Positions 27,949 to 38,422 of a stretch of DNA of 64,000 nucleotides are shown piece by piece. A program made the position numbers and the translations under genes. Under the pieces are notes generated by a model. That model searched no databases. It was given only the letters and a program-made list of their open reading frames with translations, and was not told the origin of the DNA. Source of the DNA: Vulcanimicrobiaceae bacterium (GTDB lineage: Bacteria; Verrucomicrobiota; Verrucomicrobiia; Limisphaerales; Palsa-1400); assembly GCA_035511075.1 (NCBI GenBank), contig DATKFW010000005.1, forward strand, positions 86,108 to 150,107. Reading direction: 5' to 3'. Every line of letters begins with the position of its first letter. Positions within the stretch are counted from its first letter, which is position 1.

Positions 27949-28506
27949 GTGAAAATTCTCGTTGCCATCACCGGCGCCAGCGGAGCGTTATACGCGCAAA
28001 GGCTTTTGGATAATCTTGATCCTCTGCGGCACGAGATTCACGTCGTCCTGAGCAGCTACGCCCAAGCGGTGCTGGGGCACGAGTTGCCGGAGGGGCTGCG
28101 CCTGCCGGACGGAGTTCGCACGTACAATCTCAAGAGCATGAACGCGCCTTTTGCCAGCGGCTCCAATCCTGTAGACGCAATGGTCGTCATTCCCTGCACG
28201 ATGGGGACGTTGGGGCGGATCGCGCATGGATTCAGCGAGGATGTGCTGTTGCGGGCCGCCGATGTCACATTGAAGGAAAAGAGGAAGTTGATCCTCGTGC
28301 CGCGGGAAACGCCGTTGAGCCTGGTGCATGTGCGGAACTTTGAATTGCTGCTGCTGGCCGGGGCCGTGATTCTACCGGCCAATCCCTCCTTCTATCATCG
28401 ACCGGCAACCATCGGGCAAGTCGTCGATACTGTGGTGGGGCGGGTGCTGGACCACTTGGAAATCCAACACGACCTTGCCCCGCGATGGGGCGCGGAGCCG
28501 GAGTAG
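27949..28506 (+). CDS. ubiX: Flavin prenyltransferase UbiX
   Basis: 185 aa with GTG start. MKILVAITGASGALYAQRLL ... VIPCTMGTLGRIAHG ... KLILVPRETPLS, typical of UbiX/Pad1. Confidence 0.9.
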   Translation: MKILVAITGASGALYAQRLLDNLDPLRHEIHVVLSSYAQAVLGHELPEGLRLPDGVRTYNLKSMNAPFASGSNPVDAMVVIPCTMGTLGRIAHGFSEDVLLRAADVTLKEKRKLILVPRETPLSLVHVRNFELLLLAGAVILPANPSFYHRPATIGQVVDTVVGRVLDHLEIQHDLAPRWGAEPE

Positions 28507-29130
28507 TTACGGAAAGAATACCCGCAGTTTTTCCAGCGCCCGGGCGCGGTGGCTTAACTGGTTCTTGACGTCTTCGCCCAATTCCGCAAATGAGCGCTCC
28601 TGCCCCTCCGGCACGAAGAGCGGGTCGTAGCCGAAGCCGCCCGAACCCGATGGAGCCAGGGCGATGCGGCCCTCGCACGCGCCTTCAAAGAAGACTGTTT
28701 GGCCGCCACCGGCCCTTGCCAGCGCCAGCACGCAGCGAAACCGGGCGGTCCGTTTCTCCGGCGCAATTCCATCGAGCAATCGGAGGAGTTTGGCGTTGTT
28801 GGCCGAGTCCGGTGAATTGCAGAAACCACCGGTCCCGAGGGCGGCAAAGCGGGCGGAGTGAACTCCAGGCGCCCCGCCAAGGGCATCGACCTCCAAGCCG
28901 GAATCGTCGGCTAGAAAGTAGAAATGAGCGCTGGCGGGATCGGCGGGGAACCAGCGGGCGAGCGATTCGGCTTTTTTCTTGGCGTTGCCTGCGAACGTGT
29001 CGGCGTCTTCCACGACGTGGGGCGCATCGGCAAAATCGTCCAGGGTGCGAATGCAAAAATTGCCGGGCAGGATCTGCCGGATTTCAGCGGTCTTATGGAC
29101 ATTGCGCGTGGCAATCAGAAGCGTTGTCAC
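28507..29130 (-). CDS. rdgB: Non-canonical purine NTP pyrophosphatase (RdgB/HAM1 family)
   Basis: 207 aa. Motifs: LLIATRNVHKTAEIRQIL, DDSGLEVDALGGAPGVHSAR, GSGGFGYDPLF, SHRARAL. Its GTG start overlaps the stop of the upstream gene (GTGA). Confidence 0.9.
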   Translation of the reverse strand: MTTLLIATRNVHKTAEIRQILPGNFCIRTLDDFADAPHVVEDADTFAGNAKKKAESLARWFPADPASAHFYFLADDSGLEVDALGGAPGVHSARFAALGTGGFCNSPDSANNAKLLRLLDGIAPEKRTARFRCVLALARAGGGQTVFFEGACEGRIALAPSGSGGFGYDPLFVPEGQERSFAELGEDVKNQLSHRARALEKLRVFFP

Positions 29131-32100
29131 GGAACTAAAGTGATTTGGAAGGGATCGGTCTGACCGTCGGGGTCAAGGATGAATCCCGACCCGCCCAGTG
29201 TCGGGCTGCTGAATGCCCCGTGGATCGTGAGTGTTTCGTTGTCGACCGGATTGTAAATGGTTCCCTTAATCACCCCGGCTGAGGAAAGGGTGATCTCCAG
29301 CTTGTCCGGCGCGTCGGGGGCGGGCACAAACTGTCCGGATTTGCTGACAGTGAGCGAATTGCTCAGGGTCGGGCTGACACTTCCGCCGCCAAAAACGACC
29401 TGATACACGGTGCCGGGGACGGGGGGAACGTAGTTGGTGCCGGTTGAGGCGGCCTCGATGTAGAATGCGTCGTTGAAATAGGTGTTCCGGGTCGGCGCCT
29501 TGACCCAATAAATCGCGCCTGTGGATCCCGAGGAGCCATCTGCCCCAATCACATTGGTCTCCCAACCGATGAGCATACCGTGCCCGTTATAAAGCGTCGC
29601 GTAAACGGGCCAAACACCGTCTTTGGACACGCCAACTCCTTCAGAGAATGTCTCGTTGTCCGCCAAGGTTCCACCCAGCGTCAAACCCCCCGTGTTGCCG
29701 ACCGAAAGCGTCGCGTAGCCGTCGTTGGTCGGGCCGAACGTGGCCTGGTTGGTGATCGTCGCCAAATTCAGCACATATTTGCCGGCCGCGGTGTTGGTGG
29801 GAAGTTGTGTCGCGGCGCGGTATCCGACCACGCTGGCATAAGTTCCGAGCGAATAAACATAGCCTCCTAGCGAATCGGAGCCGTGCGTCAAGTCGAACTC
29901 TATATCGAAATAAATCTCCGTTCCGTCAAATCCGCCGCCTCCCAGAAGCGCGATTCCGGATGGATTTACCTGGTAGAGCACCGTATATGTATAAATCGGA
30001 AACTGCAGCTTCCCGCTTATGACACCGGAGTCACTCAACGTCAATTTGAAGAATCCGGCGGTGTTGGTGGCGATGTTTGTGCCCATGAAAATGCCGTAGT
30101 ACGTCCCCGCGATGTTGGGAAAAAAGTTCAGCTTGAAGCTCTCCGAAATCAGCGTCTGCCTTCCCGCCGAGTCGGTGGCGATGGCCACCTCGGTGTAGGT
30201 CCCCTGCGGGAGATCGGACACGGGAACCGACCACGTCGTGCCGTTGACGGTGGCATATTGGGTGATGCCCACCGGAACGGTGTTCGAGAAAAGCTGGCAG
30301 ACGATTTGGGGATTGTCGACGGACGCGGAAACTTTTCCTGTCAAAATAAAACTGTTGGTCCGCACCTGCGAATTGGCGGCGGGGTAGGTGAACGAGATCG
30401 CTTTGGGCAGCCCGTTGGAAATGAATGTCGCCGTGAATGCCAGACCGCTAGACATGGGAAAAGAGAGCGCGGGGGAAATGGAGGTAAACGAGCCATCGGT
30501 CCAGTCGTAAAAAAACTCTCCCGGTTTGGGGGTCGCCCTGATGACGTACGTTGTGCCCGATTGCAGATAGGTACCGTTGGCAATCGAGGTTTTTCCCGGG
30601 CCGGTGATGGTCACGGTCAACGGGGTCAAGACCGTGAAGTCCTCCGAAATGACCGTGGTTTTACCGTCCACATTGCTGGCAAGGGCTTGAACGATATACG
30701 GTCCAGGCGCCAACTGGACGGCGGGAATCGACCATGTGCTGCTTCCGGTGGTTACCATCGGCCCGGTGACGGAATCGCCGGTGGTTTTGGAGAAAAACCG
30801 CGCCGTAATCGTGGTCAAGCCGGAGTTCTTCGCGACTTTTCCCGTCAAGACAACGCTGTTGGTGGCTACTTTCGCGTTTGCCGCCGGGTAAGTAAACGAG
30901 ATGCCCCCCGGCAGTGTGTTGGGGATGAAAGTGGCGGTCAGTTGCAAGCCGTTGGGCATGGTAAAGGACTCTGTGGGATCGACCGACACATTGGTGCCGG
31001 CGGTCCAATCGACAAACAGGGCGCCTCTTGCGGGGATTGCCTTGACGGTGTAACTGGAGCCGACCGTGGTATTCGACTCGGTCAAATTGGCGGAAAGCGT
31101 TCCGGGCCCGTTCGTATACACATTAAACGGGAATCGAGGCACCACGAACGTAGGCTGCGCCGCAATGGAAAGATTGCCTGCTCCATCTTGAGCGACAGCG
31201 TACACCGAGTACGTGTTGGGCGGCAAATTGCCGAAATTGAAGGACCAATTGGTGGCGCCGGTCGCGTCGCCGCCTTCCGGCGCACCGCCATTGAATCCCG
31301 GCGCTGAAACATAGCAAACAACGCGCGCCAGACCCACATTGTCGGTGGCTGTGCCGCTGACGATCACGTCGGCGTTGGTGGACGCCGCGCCATTGGCGGG
31401 ATTAACCACGGCGACTGTCGGTGGATTGGTGTCAAGAACAGGAGGCGTGAGAAAGGTGAAATCAACGTAAAAGAAATTGGAATCCCCCGGGGTGGTCAGC
31501 GCGAAATAATTGACCGGCAGGGAGTCAAACGGCGCTTCGCCGCTGTTGAAGAGGCCGTTGGTCGGGGCGCCGGGGGCGCCGCTGTGATCATAGATTGTCG
31601 GCGTGCTGAACGTGTTGAAATACTCCAGAATATTGGTGCCGGAAAGGATGCGCCCGAAAACAGTGAACCCGCCGTTTTGATTGTCCAGGTTTGTGGAATT
31701 GTCGGCCAAATTGAAAAAGAAGACGTTCACAGCCGAGTCGGGGTTGTCCGGGGATTTCGCCATCGCGATCGTTCCAAAGGTGTTGGGAATCAACGGGCCG
31801 ACATCATATTCGTTATCGATCTGGAACGGAAAAGGAGGAGAGTAGCCCGTGTCTGCGGTAAATGTTGAATTAATGTCGATCAGGTCCGGGGGCGGGCCGT
31901 TGGTGCGGTTATCGGTGGCATAATCGCCGCCTTGCAACACGAATCCGGGAACGCATCGCGTCCAGAACAGGTTGCTGTAGGCTCCCGTGACGATATAATG
32001 AAGGAAATTCTGCACCGTTGCCGGTTTATCATGATCGAAGAGCTGCAGGACCACGTTGCTGGTGCCGCCGGCGGCGTAGCCGGAAAAGGTCAATTGCACA

Positions 32101-32426
32101 ATTGTTCCGGGCACAAGGGTCAACTGCGCGGCCTGGCTGTTGGTGGAATCGCCTGTCGACGAAGTTACGACGACCGAATAAGCCCCGGCCTGGTTGCTGG
32201 CAACGTCATTCAAGGTCAACGTCGCGCTTGTCGCCCCGGCGATGGCACCGGTTCCGAACATCCACTGGTAAGTCGCGGCGTTCTCGGCAACCACGGTGAA
32301 ATTGGCCGTGGAAGCCGTGTTAATCGTGATGCTTTGGGGTTGGGAGCTAATGATCGGCGTTGTGGCGGTCGCATTGAGCGCAAAAGCCAAACAACCGATG
32401 AAAACCCCCTGTAAATTCATTTTCAT
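29127..32426 (-). CDS. Large secreted multidomain protein: Ig-like domain + cyclophilin-type peptidyl-prolyl isomerase + Ig-like/duplicated modules
   Basis: Start taken at MKMNLQGVFIGCLAFALNATA (signal peptide; ATG at 32426), giving 1100 aa. The ORF-track start at 32813 would overlap msrA. Cyclophilin motifs: VQNFLHYI..., FVLQGGD, GTIAMAKSPDNPDSAVNVFFFNLADN, GGFTVFGRILSG. Confidence 0.8.
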   Translation of the reverse strand: MKMNLQGVFIGCLAFALNATATTPIISSQPQSITINTASTANFTVVAENAATYQWMFGTGAIAGATSATLTLNDVASNQAGAYSVVVTSSTGDSTNSQAAQLTLVPGTIVQLTFSGYAAGGTSNVVLQLFDHDKPATVQNFLHYIVTGAYSNLFWTRCVPGFVLQGGDYATDNRTNGPPPDLIDINSTFTADTGYSPPFPFQIDNEYDVGPLIPNTFGTIAMAKSPDNPDSAVNVFFFNLADNSTNLDNQNGGFTVFGRILSGTNILEYFNTFSTPTIYDHSGAPGAPTNGLFNSGEAPFDSLPVNYFALTTPGDSNFFYVDFTFLTPPVLDTNPPTVAVVNPANGAASTNADVIVSGTATDNVGLARVVCYVSAPGFNGGAPEGGDATGATNWSFNFGNLPPNTYSVYAVAQDGAGNLSIAAQPTFVVPRFPFNVYTNGPGTLSANLTESNTTVGSSYTVKAIPARGALFVDWTAGTNVSVDPTESFTMPNGLQLTATFIPNTLPGGISFTYPAANAKVATNSVVLTGKVAKNSGLTTITARFFSKTTGDSVTGPMVTTGSSTWSIPAVQLAPGPYIVQALASNVDGKTTVISEDFTVLTPLTVTITGPGKTSIANGTYLQSGTTYVIRATPKPGEFFYDWTDGSFTSISPALSFPMSSGLAFTATFISNGLPKAISFTYPAANSQVRTNSFILTGKVSASVDNPQIVCQLFSNTVPVGITQYATVNGTTWSVPVSDLPQGTYTEVAIATDSAGRQTLISESFKLNFFPNIAGTYYGIFMGTNIATNTAGFFKLTLSDSGVISGKLQFPIYTYTVLYQVNPSGIALLGGGGFDGTEIYFDIEFDLTHGSDSLGGYVYSLGTYASVVGYRAATQLPTNTAAGKYVLNLATITNQATFGPTNDGYATLSVGNTGGLTLGGTLADNETFSEGVGVSKDGVWPVYATLYNGHGMLIGWETNVIGADGSSGSTGAIYWVKAPTRNTYFNDAFYIEAASTGTNYVPPVPGTVYQVVFGGGSVSPTLSNSLTVSKSGQFVPAPDAPDKLEITLSSAGVIKGTIYNPVDNETLTIHGAFSSPTLGGSGFILDPDGQTDPFQITLVP
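30129..31127 (-). repeat. Tandem duplication of a ~165-codon module inside the cyclophilin-domain gene
   Basis: The two units are ORF residues ~563-728 and ~731-895. They align by eye: GSSYTVKAIPARGALFVDWTAGT / GTTYVIRATPKPGEFFYDWTDGS; SFTMPNGLQLTATFIPNTLPGGISFTYPAANAKVATNSVVLTGKV / SFPMSSGLAFTATFISNGLPKAISFTYPAANSQVRTNSFILTGKV. Confidence 0.85.
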
Positions 32427-32595
32427 CGCGCCGAGTGTCTCGCAATGCCGCGCAAATTCAATGAAATAATCGCGCGCGATCGCCTTGGGATTTTGATTTG
32501 ACGGGCCACATGAGGAACACGCCCTCTTCCCGCCGCTCTTTTCTCGCCTGTTTCCTTGTTTTTTTGCGGCTCTGCCGCATAGTTTACTGGTTGGC

Positions 32596-33258
32596 ATGAA
32601 AAATCTCCGTTCGAAAAACGCGCCCCGCGGCCTCTTCCGGCCGTTCCTGTGGGCCGCCGCGATGGCCATGTGCTTGTCTTTTCCGACTGTTATGAATGCT
32701 GATCCTTCTTTGACCAATGCACCTGCAAAACTCCAATTGGCCACCTTTGGCGGCGGCTGTTTTTGGTGCGCTGAAGCCGTATTCCAACGCATTCCCGGCG
32801 TCAAATCGGTCACTTCCGGCTTCGCAGGGGGCGCGACTGCGAATCCGACCTACGAAGAGGTCTGCACAGGGCAAACCGGCCACGCGGAGGTCATCCAGAT
32901 TCAATTCGATCCTTCCGTCATTTCCTATGAGAAGCTTCTGGAAATCTTTTGGGAAGCGCACGATCCGACCACGCTAAACCGCCAGGGTGAGGACGCGGGC
33001 ACTCAATACCGGTCCATCATCCTCTACAGCGATGAGGCGCAAAAGATCGCCGCGGAAAAATCGAAATCCGAAGCCGCCCACCATTTCTCCTCGCCTATCG
33101 TGACGCAAATCGTGCCGCTGACAAAATTTTATTCCGCGGAGGGATATCATCAGGACTATTACAACCAGCATTCGCACCAGCCCTATTGCCAATTCGTCAT
33201 CCGCCCGAAGTTGCAGAAGCTAATCAGCGAAGGGGTCATTCCGACCGGTCAAAAATAG
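32596..33258 (+). CDS. msrA: Peptide-methionine (S)-S-oxide reductase MsrA with N-terminal export signal
   Basis: 220 aa. Catalytic motif [12 protein letters not shown]. It is preceded by ~45 residues with a hydrophobic signal-like segment ([23 protein letters not shown]). Confidence 0.92.
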   Translation: MKNLRSKNAPRGLFRPFLWAAAMAMCLSFPTVMNADPSLTNAPAKLQLATFGGGCFWCAEAVFQRIPGVKSVTSGFAGGATANPTYEEVCTGQTGHAEVIQIQFDPSVISYEKLLEIFWEAHDPTTLNRQGEDAGTQYRSIILYSDEAQKIAAEKSKSEAAHHFSSPIVTQIVPLTKFYSAEGYHQDYYNQHSHQPYCQFVIRPKLQKLISEGVIPTGQK

Positions 33259-33329
33259 CGGAAGGACCCAATCTCCTTGCCCTGCGGGGGCGCTTTCCGC
33301 AATATCCAGCGCTCTGGCACTGTACTCGT

Positions 33330-36035
33330 ATGCGGCGACAATACCCTTTTGATCTGATCGAAGCCAAATGGCGGCGTTTCTGGCAGGAGCAGGAGACTTT
33401 TCGCGCCTGGAACCCGGGCGAGATCATTCCGGGCGATCATCCATTTGCCAGACGGCACGGCCTGGCCGGCGAAGCGTCGGCGGACCGGCTTCCCCGGAAA
33501 TTCTATATCCTTGACATGTTTCCCTATCCTTCGGGCGCGGGTTTGCACGTGGGGCATCCGGAGGGTTACACCGCCACCGACATCCTGGCCCGTTACCGCC
33601 GCGCGTGCGGTTGCAACGTGCTCCATCCCATGGGCTGGGACGCCTTCGGTCTCCCCGCCGAACAGTACGCCATCCGCACCGGCCAGCATCCTGGCAGGAC
33701 GACGGAGGCAAATATCAGCGTCTTCAAACGCCAAATCCAATCCCTTGGCTTTAGTTACGATTGGTCGCGGGAAATCGATACGACCGACGCCCATTATTTC
33801 AAATGGACGCAGTGGATTTTTCTCCAGCTTTACAACTCATGGTTCAATCCGGCGACGGGCAAGGCCGAGCCAATCGACTCGCTTCCAACCCCCGGCGAAG
33901 GCGCTGTTGCTCCAGAAGCGTTGCGCCAATACCGCGATAGCCGCCGCCTGGCTTACGTGAGCGATGCACCCGTCTGGTGGTGCGAGGAATTGGGCACCGT
34001 CCTGGCCAACGAGGAGGTGATCGACGGCCGGAGCGATGTCGGCGGGTTTCCGGTCGTGCGCCGTCCGATGCGTCAGTGGATGCTTCGAATCACGGCCTAC
34101 GCTGAGCGGTTGCTGAAGGGATTGGAGAAAATCGATTGGAGCGAGTCGCTCAAGGAAATGCAGCGCAATTGGATCGGGCGCAGCGAAGGTGCGGAAGTCG
34201 TTTTTCCGCTGGCTGAGAGCAAAGAAGCGATCATGGTTTTCACGACCCGGCCGGACACCCTCTTTGGCGCCACTTATATGGTCCTCTCGCCGGAGCACAA
34301 GCTTGTCGATTCGATCACGACCGATGGCCAGCGCGCGGCCGTGTGCGCCTACAAAACCGAAGTGGCCAGGAAGAGCGATTTGGAGCGCACGGAACTGGCA
34401 CGCGAAAAGACCGGCGTCTTCACCGGCGCTTACGCCGTCAATCCTGTCAATGCCGAGAAAATTCCGGTCTGGATCGCCGACTACGTCCTGGCCAGTTACG
34501 GCACCGGCGCAATCATGGCCGTGCCCGCGCACGACTCGCGCGACCTGGAATTCGCCCGCAAATTTGCCCTTCCAGTGCGGCTCGTTGTCCAGGCGCCGGA
34601 CGGCCGCGAATCGACGGGATTTCTGGGCGACGGCGTCAGCGTCAATTCCGGATTTCTTTCCGGGCTGCCGACGCCGGAGGCCAAGGAGAGAATCACGGGG
34701 TGGCTGGAACGGATGGGCGCCGGACGCAGGACGGTCAACTACAAATTGCGCGATTGGCTTTTCAGCCGGCAACGCTATTGGGGCGAGCCCTTCCCGATTC
34801 TCTGGAAACGCGACCCCGATGGAAATCTGTACCACGAGGCGTTACCGGAAAGCGCGTTGCCTGTGCTGCCCCCGGCGCTCGAAGACTACAAACCCACGCG
34901 CGACGGCCAGCCGCCCCTGGCGCGCGCCACCGATTGGGTGAATCTGCCCGATGGCTCGACGCGCGAGACCAACACGATGCCGCAATGGGCCGGCAGTTGC
35001 TGGTATTATCTGCGTTTTACAGGCCGCAGGGATGACTCCCGTTTCTGCCGCGCCGACGCCGAAGGTTACTGGATGGGAAGCAGTCCCGGTGGTGCAGGCG
35101 TGCGACCGGGAGTTGATTTGTACGTCGGGGGCATCGAGCACGCTGTGTTGCACCTGCTTTACTCGCGTTTTTGGCATAACGTCCTCTTCGACCTGGGATA
35201 CGTTTCCACGCCCGAACCTTTCTTCAAACTGGTCAACCAGGGATTGATCCTCGGCGAGGATGGGCAGAAAATGTCCAAGTCGCGCGGCAACGTTGTCAAT
35301 CCAGACGAGATTTTGCGCGAATACGGCGCTGACGCCTTCCGACTTTACGAAATGTTCATGGGGCCGCTGGAAATGGTCAAACCCTGGAACACCAAGGGGG
35401 TCGAAGGGGTGTATCGCTTTCTGGGCAGGGTCTGGCGGCTCTTCGTTGACGAACAGAGCGAAACGGACTTCGAGCAGGCCCAAACCGCGTCCGGCCAGGA
35501 CAATCCCGAGGCGTTGGGGCGTATCAAATTGAGCGCATCCATCCGCGACACGCCCGCCACGCCCGCTCAGCTTAAAACGCTCCACGCGTGCATCAAGAAG
35601 GTTACCGAGGACCTGGAGGCATTGCGCTTCAACACCGCCATTTCCGCGCTGATGATATTTATCAACGAGGCGATTGCCTGGGACGACAAACCGGCGGCCG
35701 TCCTGCGCGATTTCCTCCTTTTGCTGCAACCTCTTGCCCCGCACCTGGCTGAGGAGCTTTACGCCAAACTCCGCGGGCCGGACGCCACGGACGGGACAAT
35801 GGCCTACGAACCGTGGCCGAAATACGACCCCGCGCTGCTTGTCGAGAAAACCATCGAAATGCCAGTGCAGGTCAATGGCAAATTGCGCGACAAAATAGTG
35901 GTGGCGGCGGGAGCGTCGGCGAAGGCAATTGAAGCGGCCGCGCTGGGTGCGGAAAAAATCCCCCCATTGCTGGAGGGCAAAACCGTGAAGAAAGTGATTG
36001 TCGTGCCGGGCCGGCTTGTCAATATTGTGGTTTGA
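33330..36035 (+). CDS. leuS: Leucine--tRNA ligase
   Basis: Start at ATG 33330 ([20 protein letters not shown]). HIGH-type motif ([10 protein letters not shown]), KMSKS (QKMSKSRGN), 901 aa. Confidence 0.97.
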   Translation: MRRQYPFDLIEAKWRRFWQEQETFRAWNPGEIIPGDHPFARRHGLAGEASADRLPRKFYILDMFPYPSGAGLHVGHPEGYTATDILARYRRACGCNVLHPMGWDAFGLPAEQYAIRTGQHPGRTTEANISVFKRQIQSLGFSYDWSREIDTTDAHYFKWTQWIFLQLYNSWFNPATGKAEPIDSLPTPGEGAVAPEALRQYRDSRRLAYVSDAPVWWCEELGTVLANEEVIDGRSDVGGFPVVRRPMRQWMLRITAYAERLLKGLEKIDWSESLKEMQRNWIGRSEGAEVVFPLAESKEAIMVFTTRPDTLFGATYMVLSPEHKLVDSITTDGQRAAVCAYKTEVARKSDLERTELAREKTGVFTGAYAVNPVNAEKIPVWIADYVLASYGTGAIMAVPAHDSRDLEFARKFALPVRLVVQAPDGRESTGFLGDGVSVNSGFLSGLPTPEAKERITGWLERMGAGRRTVNYKLRDWLFSRQRYWGEPFPILWKRDPDGNLYHEALPESALPVLPPALEDYKPTRDGQPPLARATDWVNLPDGSTRETNTMPQWAGSCWYYLRFTGRRDDSRFCRADAEGYWMGSSPGGAGVRPGVDLYVGGIEHAVLHLLYSRFWHNVLFDLGYVSTPEPFFKLVNQGLILGEDGQKMSKSRGNVVNPDEILREYGADAFRLYEMFMGPLEMVKPWNTKGVEGVYRFLGRVWRLFVDEQSETDFEQAQTASGQDNPEALGRIKLSASIRDTPATPAQLKTLHACIKKVTEDLEALRFNTAISALMIFINEAIAWDDKPAAVLRDFLLLLQPLAPHLAEELYAKLRGPDATDGTMAYEPWPKYDPALLVEKTIEMPVQVNGKLRDKIVVAAGASAKAIEAAALGAEKIPPLLEGKTVKKVIVVPGRLVNIVV

Positions 36036-36201
36036 TTTCACCTTCGGAGTCGGGAAAGCTGTTGAATCGTGAAATATCTGACGAAACAGGAACAGATTGT
36101 GCTTTGTCTCATTCTTGCGTTAGTGTTGATGGGCTGGGCCGTCAAATGTTACCGAACGACCCGCCTGCCGGCGCCGGCGATAAATCGGCAAAATTCCTGA
36201 T

Positions 36202-36639
36202 ATGCAACCAATCAGTTTCGAAGAAGCGGTGAAGAAAATTGCGGACGCCGACCCCCGTTATCCGGCGGAGGCATACTTCTTTGTGCAGGAAGCCCTGCAG
36301 CATACGCAGCGCGCCTTGGGGCGGCACAAAACCCAGGACAAACACGTTGGCGGGAGGGAATTGCTGGTCGGCATCCGCGACTACGCCCTGAAGTGCTTCG
36401 GCCCAATGGTTCCCACGGTGCTTGCGGAATGGGGCATTCATAATTGCGAGGATTTTGGCGAAATTGTGTTCAACATGATTGAACACCACCTTGCCACCAA
36501 GAAACCCACCGACAGCCGCGAAGACTTCAAAGACGGCTACGATTTTGACGAAGCCTTCTGCAAACCGTTTCGTCCCTCCAAACCCGCTCCGCCGACACCC
36601 AAACCGGACGAAGCGGAAGCAGGCCTGAAGGCCGACTGA
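36202..36639 (+). CDS. Conserved hypothetical protein (resembles the Planctomycete/Verrucomicrobia-restricted Minf_1886/TIGR04138-type family; from memory, unverified)
   Basis: 145 aa with clean coding appearance: ...YPAEAYFFVQEALQHTQ...HVGGRELLVGIRDYALKCFGPMVPTVLAEWGIHNCEDFGEIVFNMIEH... A Pro-rich tail follows. Confidence 0.6.
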   Translation: MQPISFEEAVKKIADADPRYPAEAYFFVQEALQHTQRALGRHKTQDKHVGGRELLVGIRDYALKCFGPMVPTVLAEWGIHNCEDFGEIVFNMIEHHLATKKPTDSREDFKDGYDFDEAFCKPFRPSKPAPPTPKPDEAEAGLKAD

Positions 36640-36787
36640 CGAAACACAGCAATTGATTCGATCCCCCGCAAGTTTCCATGGACAGGCCCCGAGGGTGCCA
36701 CCGCTGCTTTAACGTCCCGGCTCGTTGTCAGTTTTGACAGGCACTTTCGCTTCAGGACTCGTCCCCATCTGCCGATACGACGATGGC

Positions 36788-38422
36788 ATGGAAACGATTC
36801 TCCTTATCGACGACGAACCGTCGTTTCGACGGTTGCTGCGCTGTGCTTTGCAGACGAAGGGGTTCATCGTGCTTGAAGCCGAGAATTGCCATGATTCCAT
36901 CCTTAAAGCGATAGCGCAAGTTCCGGATTTGATTGTGTGTGACGTTGAGATGCCCGACGGAACCGGCCACGACGTTTTCGAGGCGCTGAAGGAGAATCCG
37001 ACCACGTCCACCATCCCGTTCATCTTTATGACGGGGAAGAACGACCCGACCGAGTTGCGACGCAGCATGGAGCAAGGGGCTGACGATTTCCTATTGAAAC
37101 CGTTTCCCATGGAAACCCTGCTGTCGGCGGTCGAAGCGCGGCTGCGCCGGGGAGCGATGCTGCGGTCCCAGGCCGAACAGACCGAAAAGCGTCTGCAAGC
37201 CATCGTGGAGGCCAACCCCGACCTGGTGGCGTTGGCGGACATCAACACGCGGCAAATCCTTTATCTCAATTCGGCCGGCCGGGAGTTACTCCAGCTTGGC
37301 GCCAAGGAGGATGTCTCGGTCCTGGGCCTGGGTGACATCCATCCTGCCGCCTCCGGGGAGCGCGTTTCAGGGGATATCATTCCAATGGCGATTCAGAAAG
37401 GAGCGTGGTCCGGGGAAACGGAGTTGCTTACGCGCACCAAGGTCGAGGTTCCAGTGTTTCAAGTGATGGTGGCCCACAAATCGAGGGACGGCGTGGTCGA
37501 ATTCCTGTCAATCATCGCCCACGATTTGACTTCGCGCAAACGGGTCGAACGGGAGCGGCATCAAATGGAGATTCAATTGCGGCACGCGCAGAAACTGGAG
37601 TCCATCGGCCAATTGGCGGCCGGCATTGCGCACGAGATCAACACACCCACGCAGTTTATCGGGGACAACCTGCGCTTCCTTCAGGATGTGTTCACTGACC
37701 TTCTTGGCTTGTTGGGTCAATACAACCTGCTGCTGGAGGCCGCGCGCGGCCAGGCCTTCGCCAACGGCATCGTGGAGGAAATTGAGAAGTCCGTCCAAAC
37801 CATCAATCTGGCTGAGCTGGAAAAGGAAATTCCGCAGTCCATCGGGCAGGCGCTGTCTGGGATTCAGCGCGTGGCCAAGATCGTGCAGGCGATGAAAGAC
37901 TTTTCGCACCCGGGCACGGATTCAAAAATTCCTGTTGATATCAATCGGGCCATCGAGAGCACCCTGACAGTGTGCCGGAATGAGTGGAAATACGTCGCTG
38001 ACTTGGAGACGGATTTTGATCCCTCCCTCCCGCTGGTTTCCTGCCTCCCCGGGGAGATTGGCCAGGTCATCCTCAACGTCGTGGTCAATGCCGCTCATGC
38101 CATCGGGGACAAGGTGGCGGGCAAGGGCAAAGGAATCATCGGCGTCCGCACGCGCCGCCACGGGGACGGCGTGGAAATCCGCATCAGCGACACGGGCGCG
38201 GGCATTCCCGAAGCTGTGCGGGGGCGGATTTTTGAGCCATTTTTCACCACCAAGGAAGTGGGCAAAGGCACCGGACAGGGTTTGGCCATAGCCCGTTCGG
38301 TCGTGGTGGACAAACATCTGGGCGAGATATTCTTTGAAACGGAGATGAACCGAGGCACAACCTTTGTCATCCGCCTGCCTCAAAACGAAAATAAAACAGG
38401 GCACACCGCCCCGAAGAAATGA
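36788..38422 (+). CDS. Hybrid signalling protein: N-terminal receiver (REC) + PAS + histidine kinase (HisKA/HATPase_c)
   Basis: Start at METILLIDDEPSF (ATG 36788). REC has the phospho-Asp context LIVCDVEMPDGTG and LLKPF. H-box AAGIAHEINTPTQF. N/G boxes NVVVNAAHA, DTGAGIP, GKGTGQGL. Confidence 0.88.
   Translation: METILLIDDEPSFRRLLRCALQTKGFIVLEAENCHDSILKAIAQVPDLIVCDVEMPDGTGHDVFEALKENPTTSTIPFIFMTGKNDPTELRRSMEQGADDFLLKPFPMETLLSAVEARLRRGAMLRSQAEQTEKRLQAIVEANPDLVALADINTRQILYLNSAGRELLQLGAKEDVSVLGLGDIHPAASGERVSGDIIPMAIQKGAWSGETELLTRTKVEVPVFQVMVAHKSRDGVVEFLSIIAHDLTSRKRVERERHQMEIQLRHAQKLESIGQLAAGIAHEINTPTQFIGDNLRFLQDVFTDLLGLLGQYNLLLEAARGQAFANGIVEEIEKSVQTINLAELEKEIPQSIGQALSGIQRVAKIVQAMKDFSHPGTDSKIPVDINRAIESTLTVCRNEWKYVADLETDFDPSLPLVSCLPGEIGQVILNVVVNAAHAIGDKVAGKGKGIIGVRTRRHGDGVEIRISDTGAGIPEAVRGRIFEPFFTTKEVGKGTGQGLAIARSVVVDKHLGEIFFETEMNRGTTFVIRLPQNENKTGHTAPKK

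Noticed and set aside
36640-36787. tRNA-like T-arm string (TTGATTCGATCCCCC) in the spacer before the REC-PAS-HK gene
   Set aside because: No acceptor stem, D-arm or anticodon arm can be built from the flanking ~75 nt, and the upstream part lies inside the preceding CDS.
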